A DNA stretch of 31,949 bases from a virus (lineage: Duplodnaviria; Caudoviricetes), in the IMG/VR virus record IMGVR_UViG_3300032373_000078, positions 1 to 31,949 of that record; one strand, given 5' to 3'. Both the position numbers and the translations under genes were made by a program. The notes beneath the pieces are model-generated. The model had not been told where the DNA came from. It did no database searches and saw only the letters and a list, made by a program, of their open reading frames with translations. Shown here piece by piece: positions 25,677 to 31,949 of this stretch; the stretch's first letter is position 1, and every line of letters begins with the position of its first letter.

Positions 25677-26116
25677 TCCGCGCTGCAACGATCGATGATT
25701 TTCCCGCGATCGACCGGATGCGGGCCGATTTCGAGACGGCAACCGGGCGCGCGGACCTTTCGGAGAAAGTGCCATATTCCTCGGCGCATTTTCACGCGGC
25801 GGTGAGTGCAATGATTTCCGGGCCGTTTGGCTTCGCGGCGCTCTGGGAACCTGGCGACGTTTGCGGCGTATTCCTGGCAACCGCCGGGGTTTCGCCTTTC
25901 CGGCCTTGCCGGATCGCGCGCGAGGTCATGTTCTGGATTGACCCGGACGCGCGCGGCGCTGGTGGCCCGCGGCTTTTGCGCACCTATCTGGCCTGGGCCA
26001 GGCAGGTCGGAGCGGCCGGCGCGGTTGGGATCGCGCTCGATGCGCGTGCGGGCAAACTATATGAGCGCGCGGGTCTTTCGGCGCTCGAGACCGGCTTTCT
26101 CAAGGTGTTTGAATAA
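25673..26116 (+). CDS. GNAT-family acetyltransferase-like protein within the tail operon
   Basis: MIRAATIDD, FWIDPDARGAGGPRLL..Y.AWAR..GA, KLYERAG..ALET. Confidence 0.8.
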   Translation: MIRAATIDDFPAIDRMRADFETATGRADLSEKVPYSSAHFHAAVSAMISGPFGFAALWEPGDVCGVFLATAGVSPFRPCRIAREVMFWIDPDARGAGGPRLLRTYLAWARQVGAAGAVGIALDARAGKLYERAGLSALETGFLKVFE

Positions 26117-28455
26117 TGGCTTTACTGGCGGCGATCGGTTCCGCACTGACCTCGGTCGGGGCCTGGTTCGGTGGCCTGGGCGCGATCGGGCAATTTGCCG
26201 TGCGCATGGCGGTCTCGATCGGGTTCAACGCGCTGGCCGATGCGCTGCGCGGCAAGCCCAAGCCACCCGAGGCCCGGGGGATCGTTGGCCAGGTTCAGCA
26301 AGGGGCAGACGTGCCGCGCTCTTTCATCGTGGGACGGTATGCAACCGCCGGTTCGCTGGCGTTTCACACCGAATGGGGTGAGGCCGGCGACGTGCCCAAC
26401 GCCTATTACAGTCAGATCGTGGCGCTCTCGGATATTCCGGTCGATGGGCTGGTCGCGATCTGGGTCAACGGCCAGAAATGTGCCCTTGACACCGGCAACC
26501 CGGATCCGGGCGGCAAGGGATACCCGGTGATCCAGCTTGCCAAAACCTTCGATCAGACCGATTGGGCGCAGGTCTATGACGCGCCGAGCGACACTTATCG
26601 ATGGACCGCGACCGAGACCACACCGACCGAGGATCGCGCCTGGATCAAGTTCTATGACGGCACGCAAACCGTCGCCGACAGTTTCGCGACCGGCACGCTC
26701 TCGAGCACCGAGCGGCCCTGGCCTTCGAGCGCCGTGGGCACCGGCGTGGCCTATGCGATTGCGACTTTTCTGCGGGATCCCGAGGTTTTCCAAAGCTTTC
26801 CTTCCGTGATCTATGAAATCGACGGGGTTGCGATGTACGACCCTGACAGCGCCTTGACCGAGACAAGCCGCAATCCGATTGTTGCGGCGCGCCATATCCT
26901 CGCAGGGATCTCCTATGGTGGTGAGTGGTTTTATGGGCCACAGGCCACGGGTGCCGGGCGGTTGCGTGATGCGGAATTGATCGCCGAGGTCCAGGCGTGC
27001 AATGCGGACGTGCCGGGGGCGGCGGCGATGACCTCGGCCGAAAAGATCGCGGCCTTTGGCGTCGATGCGATCCCCGAGAGGTATCGCTGCGGCCTCGAGG
27101 TCAGGGTCAACCGGCAACCGGCCGATGTTCTGGGCGATATTCTGGCGGCCTGCAACGGGCGCTTTGCCGAGATCGGCCCGGCCTTTCGGATTGCGGTCGG
27201 GGATCCGGCGGCGGCGGATCTGACATTTACCGATGACGACATAATTTCGACCGAGCCCGAGACCTTCCGGCCTTTCGTGGGGCTGGCGCAAACGATCAAC
27301 GGGGCCTCGGCCAGCTATCCCGAGCCCGATGAGGCATGGCAGACGCAAACCGCGCCGCCCTATTACGTCGCCGATCTCGAGGTAGAGGACGGCGGCCGAC
27401 GGCTTCTGACCGATGTGGGGCTTGCGGCCGTGCCCTATCGCGAGCAAGTGCAACGCTTGCTGAAATCGGCCGTCGAGGAGGCGCGTCGCGAGCGCACCCA
27501 TACGCTTGTGATGCCGCCGGCATTTTCGCCGCTCGAGCCGCTCGATTATGTCGAATGGACAAGCGCTGCGAACGGCTATGCCGCCAAGCGGTTTCGGGTC
27601 GATGGGGCCTCGCCCTTGCCAAACGGAAACGTGGTGCTCGAGATTTCCGAGGTCGATCCGGCGGATTACGATTGGGATGCGAACGCGGATTTTCAGCCCG
27701 TCGCCTCGGGTTCGATCGCGCCCTTGCCGCTCGCGCCGCGCACGGTTGCGGGCTGGGCGGTTGTGGCGCAATCGATCCAGGATGACGGGGCCGGCGAGCG
27801 CCGCGCGGGGCTGGCCTTGTCCTGGACCGCCAGCGCGGCGGGCGTGGACGGGGTGCAATACGAGATCCGGGTGAAGGCCACGGGCGCGCTGATCACGCAT
27901 GGCGCGGTCGGGATCGGCGGCGGGGTCAAGCTGGTTTCCGAGGGGATCCTGGGCGCGGTCACGTATCAGGCGCGCGCGCGCTACCTGGTGAGTTCGGGTG
28001 CGCCGGTGGATTGGACGGCCTGGACCGATGTTATCACGCCCGATCTGCGGATTGCGGCCGCCGATCTCGATGACGGGGCGGTGACAACCCCGCGCCTTGC
28101 GAGCAACGCGGCCAACACGCCTCTTTCGGAAACGCTTTCAAACAGCATTGCCGGCGATGGCACCTGGCAGGAAATCCAGTGGCTCAATCTGACCCTGCCC
28201 TATGATGGCGAGATCCTGGTGCAGTGGTCCGGCCGGCATAGCTACACGGCGGGCGCTCAGGCCCATGATATTGAGATCCGGGTCGATGGGGTTGCGGTTC
28301 AGGCCCGGGGCGGCACCGCGATCAACGATTATCCGACAATCCTTTATTCGGGCGCCTATACCGCCGGCACCCGGCGGATCTCGATTTATTGGAAAACGAG
28401 TTGGCAGGTTACGGTGAGCGGTCGCACGCTTTCGATCCAGGGGATCATGCGATGA
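26116..28455 (+). CDS. Central tail fibre / host-specificity protein (gpJ-like)
   Basis: PRSFIVGRYATAGSL, NPIV, FN3-like LSW...YEIR..., distinct C-terminal beta domain. Confidence 0.85.
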   Translation: MALLAAIGSALTSVGAWFGGLGAIGQFAVRMAVSIGFNALADALRGKPKPPEARGIVGQVQQGADVPRSFIVGRYATAGSLAFHTEWGEAGDVPNAYYSQIVALSDIPVDGLVAIWVNGQKCALDTGNPDPGGKGYPVIQLAKTFDQTDWAQVYDAPSDTYRWTATETTPTEDRAWIKFYDGTQTVADSFATGTLSSTERPWPSSAVGTGVAYAIATFLRDPEVFQSFPSVIYEIDGVAMYDPDSALTETSRNPIVAARHILAGISYGGEWFYGPQATGAGRLRDAELIAEVQACNADVPGAAAMTSAEKIAAFGVDAIPERYRCGLEVRVNRQPADVLGDILAACNGRFAEIGPAFRIAVGDPAAADLTFTDDDIISTEPETFRPFVGLAQTINGASASYPEPDEAWQTQTAPPYYVADLEVEDGGRRLLTDVGLAAVPYREQVQRLLKSAVEEARRERTHTLVMPPAFSPLEPLDYVEWTSAANGYAAKRFRVDGASPLPNGNVVLEISEVDPADYDWDANADFQPVASGSIAPLPLAPRTVAGWAVVAQSIQDDGAGERRAGLALSWTASAAGVDGVQYEIRVKATGALITHGAVGIGGGVKLVSEGILGAVTYQARARYLVSSGAPVDWTAWTDVITPDLRIAAADLDDGAVTTPRLASNAANTPLSETLSNSIAGDGTWQEIQWLNLTLPYDGEILVQWSGRHSYTAGAQAHDIEIRVDGVAVQARGGTAINDYPTILYSGAYTAGTRRISIYWKTSWQVTVSGRTLSIQGIMR

Positions 28456-28640
28456 TTTTCTATATCAAGTTCGATCGGCTGACAGGAGCGGTGATCGGGC
28501 ATGGCCGCGCGCAAACCTGGATTGACGTGATCGCGATGGCCGACGCGGCGACGGACGTGCTCAAACTCGATGCGAGCCCGGAGCCTTTCGACCACGCGAA
28601 ATGGCGTGTCGAAAACGGGGCATTGGTCGCGGCCGGCTGA
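28452..28640 (+). CDS. Small tail-associated protein
   Basis: ATGA overlap; FDRLTGAVIG...WRVENGALV. Confidence 0.65.
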   Translation: MIFYIKFDRLTGAVIGHGRAQTWIDVIAMADAATDVLKLDASPEPFDHAKWRVENGALVAAG

Positions 28641-28683
28641 TCCCGGTGATTTACGAAAAACCGGATTTAAGGGGGTGCGCGCC

Positions 28684-29091
28684 ATGGCGTTGACCGCTCA
28701 GGATTTTATTGGCTGGTTCCACAGTGACGCGGGGCAGGCGTTTCTTGCCGGTGCCGCGGGCGGTGCGATCCGCTGGGTGACGCTGCGCGAACGCCCGCGC
28801 GATGGGGCTGTTTCGCTGATCGTGGGCGCGGTGTGCGCGATCTATCTCGGCCCGCTGGTCGAGCCATTTCTCTCGCCGCTCGTGGGCAAGATCTCACCGA
28901 CCGAAGATGCCGCCGGGTTCGCGGCCTTTGTCGTCGGGATCGGCGGAATTTCCCTGACCGGAGCGGTGATCGATATTTTTCGCGGGGTTTCCTTGCGCGC
29001 CAAATCGCGCGCGGGTGGCACGTCGCCGGCCCCGGGCGACGTGCAATCGCAGATCCCGCCGGATAGCGAAGGGGGCGCAAATGGATCGTAA
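28684..29091 (+). CDS. Holin-like membrane protein
   Basis: Three hydrophobic segments (LAGAAGGAIRW, LIVGAVCAIYLGP, FAAFVVGIGGISL) upstream of the endolysin. Confidence 0.7.
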   Translation: MALTAQDFIGWFHSDAGQAFLAGAAGGAIRWVTLRERPRDGAVSLIVGAVCAIYLGPLVEPFLSPLVGKISPTEDAAGFAAFVVGIGGISLTGAVIDIFRGVSLRAKSRAGGTSPAPGDVQSQIPPDSEGGANGS

Positions 29092-29197
29092 AGGAATGGA
29101 GCGCGGGCCGAAGGATACGGCAAAGCGCGAGGGGTGGTTCTGGTTTTGGGCGCTCCTGTTTGCGATCGGGTATCTCATAGCATTGGCGGTGTTCTGA
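29081..29197 (+). CDS. 38-aa single-TM protein in the lysis cassette
   Basis: GAAGGGGG RBS; MDRKGMERGPKDTAKREGWFWFWALLFAIGYLIALAVF. Confidence 0.55.
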   Translation: MDRKGMERGPKDTAKREGWFWFWALLFAIGYLIALAVF

Positions 29198-29198
29198 C

Positions 29199-29984
29199 AT
29201 GACAAAAGAGGTTGTACGGCTGGCGCAACGGGCGCTTGCCAAGGGGGCCGCCTATGACGGCGATCTCGACGGGATTGCCGGGGCGCAGACCCTTGCGGCG
29301 GTCTGGCGCGTGGACGGGCCGAGGCCGGCGGGAATGCGCGCCTGGCCGCGCGAGCGCCAGGCGGTTGCCGGGGCGCAAATGATCCTGCGCAATCTTGGTT
29401 ATGCGTTCGGGGCGATCGACGGTTATCTCGGCCCGCGCACCGATGCCGCGCTCGAGGCCTGGCTCGATCCCGAGTGGATCCGGCCGGCGGATGCTGGCGG
29501 GGAAGCTGGCGGGGATTGGGGCACCGAGGCGACGGTGCGCGAGTTCCTCGGGCCGCCGGCGGGGCCTGATTGCACGGCGGGCGCGATCCGGGTGCCGTGG
29601 CGAATGGTGTTGGCCTGGGCCCCCGAGACGGTGATCGAAACCATTTATTGCCACGCGCTTCTTGCCCCCTCGGCGGGGCTGGTGTTCGAGGCGATTGCCG
29701 ACACGATGAAAACCACGGAAATTCGCAAGCTGGGCCTGCATCTTTTCGGCGGGTGTTACAACCCGCGACGCAAGCGCGGCGGTTCGGCCTGGTCGATGCA
29801 CGCCTATGGCGCGGCGATCGACTTTGATCCAGGCAGGAACCGGTTGCGCACCCGTGCGCCCGAGGCCCGGCTCTCGCGCCCAGATGCGGTGCCGTTCTGG
29901 GCGGCCTGGGAGGCGGCGGGCTGGACAAGCCTCGGACGGGCGCGTGATTTTGACTGGATGCACGTGCAGGCGCCGGGCCTGTGA
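29199..29984 (+). CDS. Endolysin: peptidoglycan-binding domains plus M15-family peptidase
   Basis: Two DG..G..T motifs; catalytic GCYNPR, SMHAYGAAIDFD, DWMHVQ. Confidence 0.9.
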   Translation: MTKEVVRLAQRALAKGAAYDGDLDGIAGAQTLAAVWRVDGPRPAGMRAWPRERQAVAGAQMILRNLGYAFGAIDGYLGPRTDAALEAWLDPEWIRPADAGGEAGGDWGTEATVREFLGPPAGPDCTAGAIRVPWRMVLAWAPETVIETIYCHALLAPSAGLVFEAIADTMKTTEIRKLGLHLFGGCYNPRRKRGGSAWSMHAYGAAIDFDPGRNRLRTRAPEARLSRPDAVPFWAAWEAAGWTSLGRARDFDWMHVQAPGL

Positions 29985-30337
29985 TCTGGCTCAATCTGGC
30001 ATTCTCGATGGTGCCGGGTTTGCGCAACCTGGGGCGCTATGGGGCGCTCGCGGCAAGTGCCGTGGCGATCGGGGTCGCGGTGTTCCTGGTGCCCTACAAG
30101 ATGGGCGTGCGGGCCGAGGCCGGGCGTCAGGCGCTCGAGCGGGTGCGCCTTGAGGGCGCGCTTGTGCGCCAGGCGGAAACCTTTGCCGCAGATTTGCGGC
30201 TTGTGGAAATGGCCCGGGCATACCGGGCCGCCGATCTCGAGAGGTTGCGAAATGAAGCAAGCAATGCGCCGGGCGCCGATCGCCTGGCTTTGCCTTCTGA
30301 CAGCGTGCGGCGGATCCGGCGCCATTGGGCTCGGTGA
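29981..30337 (+). CDS. Inner-membrane spanin (Rz-like)
   Basis: N-terminal TM segment followed by coiled coil, after the endolysin. Confidence 0.7.
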   Translation: MIWLNLAFSMVPGLRNLGRYGALAASAVAIGVAVFLVPYKMGVRAEAGRQALERVRLEGALVRQAETFAADLRLVEMARAYRAADLERLRNEASNAPGADRLALPSDSVRRIRRHWAR

Positions 30338-30545
30338 AGCCGCGCCCGATTTTTCGGTGCCCAAGGAGGCGGCCGCGCCTTGTGGAGATCCGCTGGCGAT
30401 GGTGCCGGCGCGTGCGTTGTCGCAGGCCGATGCCGAGATCGCGATCGCGCGCCTGGGCGATGGGCTGATCGATTGCGAGGCCCGCCGCGCGGCGGTTGTG
30501 GCCGCGCTCGAGGCAATGCTCGGGGATATTTCGGGGCCGCGATAA
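30252..30545 (+). CDS. Outer-membrane lipoprotein spanin (Rz1-like)
   Basis: GAGG RBS; MKQAMRRAPIAWLCLLTA-C lipobox; overlaps the i-spanin 3' end. Confidence 0.75.
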   Translation: MKQAMRRAPIAWLCLLTACGGSGAIGLGEAAPDFSVPKEAAAPCGDPLAMVPARALSQADAEIAIARLGDGLIDCEARRAAVVAALEAMLGDISGPR

Positions 30546-30571
30546 GCGGTCGATTTTCGGAAAGGTGAAAC

Positions 30572-31015
30572 GTGGCAAGCGTCAACAAGGTAATTCTGGT
30601 GGGCAATCTCGGGCGGGATCCCGAGGTTCGGACATTTCAGGGCGGGGGCAAGGTCTGCAATCTTTCGATTGCCACCTCGCAAAAGTGGAAAGACAAGGGC
30701 ACTGGCGAGACGCGAGAGCGCACCGAGTGGCACCGGGTCGCGATCTTTGCCGATCGTCTCGCGGATCTCGCCGAGCGCTATCTCAGGAAAGGCTCGCGCG
30801 TCTATCTCGAGGGCAAACTCGAAACCCGCAAATGGCAGGATCAAGCCGGCCAGGATCGCTATTCGACCGAGGTGGTGTTGCGGCCCTATTCCGGCGAGAT
30901 CGTGTTTCTAGATCGCGTTGAGGGCGGGCAGGGCGGCGCGCCGTCAGGCGGTCGGGACAACCCGGATCCGGGCAGTCAGTCCCGATCCGATCTCGATGAT
31001 GAGATCCCGTTTTGA
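30572..31015 (+). CDS. ssb: Single-stranded DNA-binding protein
   Basis: [43 protein letters not shown] and DLDDEIPF tail. Confidence 0.97.
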   Translation: MASVNKVILVGNLGRDPEVRTFQGGGKVCNLSIATSQKWKDKGTGETRERTEWHRVAIFADRLADLAERYLRKGSRVYLEGKLETRKWQDQAGQDRYSTEVVLRPYSGEIVFLDRVEGGQGGAPSGGRDNPDPGSQSRSDLDDEIPF

Positions 31016-31527
31016 GCGCATCGATCAAGATCCCGGATCTCGACGGCGCGCGCCCGGCGATTGCGATCCTCGGCCATGGTGGCCACGGCAAGGATGCGGC
31101 CGCCGCGATCCTGGCCCGGCTTTGCGGTTTGAAGGTTTCTTCTTCCTCGAAGTTTTGCGCCGCGCGCGCGGTTTATCCGCTTGTGAAAGACCTCTATGCG
31201 GACGCGGCGGCCTGCTATAGGGACCGGCGCAATCACCGCGCGTTGTGGTTTCATGCGATCACCGCTTACGGTTTTCGACCCGGCCCGAGCCTGACAGAAC
31301 AGATCCTTGCGGAAAATCACATCTATGTCGGCCCGCGCAATCTGGCCGATTTCATGCTTTCCCGGCATTTGTTCAACCTGGTGATCTGGGTCGATCGCTC
31401 GGAGATTTTGCCGCCCGAGCCGGTCGGATCGATGGAACTGAGCCCGGACCTGGCCGACTGGTTTCTCGACAATAATCGGACGCTTGACTATCTCGAGGCG
31501 CAGATCCTCGAGCGGCTCTTTGGATGA
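31012..31527 (+). CDS. P-loop nucleotide-kinase-like protein (dNMP kinase type)
   Basis: [12 protein letters not shown] Walker A, YVGPRN, VIWVDR, DW.LDNN.TL. Confidence 0.7.
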   Translation: MSASIKIPDLDGARPAIAILGHGGHGKDAAAAILARLCGLKVSSSSKFCAARAVYPLVKDLYADAAACYRDRRNHRALWFHAITAYGFRPGPSLTEQILAENHIYVGPRNLADFMLSRHLFNLVIWVDRSEILPPEPVGSMELSPDLADWFLDNNRTLDYLEAQILERLFG

Positions 31528-31555
31528 AAAAAAGGCCCGGCATGAGAGCCGGGCC
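31527..31555 (-). terminator. Terminator hairpin with its U-tract on the minus strand
   Basis: AAAAAAA-GGCCCGGC-ATGAGA-GCCGGGCC; no T run follows on the plus strand. Confidence 0.6.
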
Positions 31556-31672
31556 AGTCCAACAGGGAAGATGATGGGGCACTCGCGCCGCATCTAGGAC
31601 CGTGCATAGCCCAATAAAAAGGGCATTGCAATTGAAAAACCGCGCTCGGGAAAAGAACAAATCGCGGACAGG

Positions 31673-31706
31673 ATGGCACGGATTTGGCACAGATTTGCCG
31701 TGCCAT
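31673..31706. repeat. Integrase arm-type-like repeats
   Basis: TGGCACGGATT (31674-31684), TGGCACAGATT (31685-31695), and inverted CCGTGCCAT (31698-31706). Confidence 0.55.
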
Positions 31707-31769
31707 TGGCCTGAAAACCGCCGAAAACGAACAAAAACAAAGGAAAACAGGCACTTAGGTTTCCGGGCA

Positions 31770-31817
31770 AAAAGAACAAAAAAAGCGCTTGTGTATCAAA
31801 GGCTTGAAAGCTATTCC
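31770..31817 (+). promoter_or_regulatory. tRNA promoter overlapped by an IHF consensus
   Basis: A-tracts, TTGTGT(31789)-N17-TATTCC(31812); TATCAAAGGCTTG (31794-31806) fits WATCAANNNNTTR. Confidence 0.6.
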
Positions 31818-31824
31818 CGGCCTT

Positions 31825-31914
31825 GGAGATGTGGCCGAGTGGTCGAAGGCGCTCCCCTGCTAAGGGAGTAGGCCCGGAAGGGTCTCGATGGTTCGAATCC
31901 CTTCGTCTCCGCCA
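31825..31914 (+). tRNA. tRNA-Ser (anticodon GCT), 90 nt, encoded CCA
   Basis: Acceptor GGAGATG/CGTCTCC-G-CCA, anticodon arm CTCCC-CTGCTAA-GGGAG, long variable arm, TTCGAAT loop. Confidence 0.96.
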
Positions 31915-31949
31915 CTTTTTTCATATAATATTTTGTAATATAACGGCTT

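Larger units (their letters stand above)
1..31824. mobile_element. Temperate siphovirus prophage (left end lies outside the window)
   Basis: Integration, immunity, replication, packaging, head, tail and lysis genes in lambdoid order, abutting a tRNA gene; the first ORF is cut by the window start. Confidence 0.95.

Noticed and set aside
3566-27900. Many long antisense ORFs (e.g. 3566-5407, 7008-8585, 13975-15690, 22302-23921, 26122-27900)
   Set aside because: They mirror well-supported genes on the other strand, lack recognisable motifs, and are expected in high-GC DNA.
14248-28455. Gene transfer agent cluster
   Set aside because: Some tail genes resemble GTA families, but linked integrase, repressor, replication genes, HNH/cos-type packaging and lysis genes indicate a true prophage.
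31655-31669. Alphaproteobacterial LexA box (GAAC-N7-GGAC)
   Set aside because: One mismatch to GAAC-N7-GAAC/GTAC and no clear regulated ORF; too weak to call.

Overview
Almost the whole window is a temperate, HK97-fold siphovirus prophage, most likely of an alphaproteobacterial (Rhodobacterales-like) host, ending at a tRNA-Ser(GCT) gene at 31825-31914. Order from the left: a detached fibre/appendage module (Gly-rich fibre end, chaperone, 21-aa tandem-repeat protein, BppU-like gene); tyrosine integrase and excisionase; repressor/Cro switch; split P4/D5-type primase and helicase; adenine methyltransferase and small early genes; a lipoprotein moron; a C4-type antisense RNA / small ORF / BRO-N operon; an iteron-rich origin; late regulator; HNH, terminase, portal, protease, capsid; tail; lysis; ssb; a nucleotide-kinase-like gene; an att-like arm; the tRNA. 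Four observations stand out. (1) The BRO-N protein under C4-type control carries a second copy of the helicase's C-terminal putative origin-binding domain and sits directly in front of the iteron array. (2) One GCAC-N8-GTGC operator-like palindrome is dispersed to the immunity region, the C4 promoter, the late regulator start and the capsid leader. (3) The prophage lies 5' of its candidate target tRNA, which has a T-stem mismatch. (4) The fibre module is stranded beyond the integrase. All calls come from reading motifs and gene order by eye; no searches were run.
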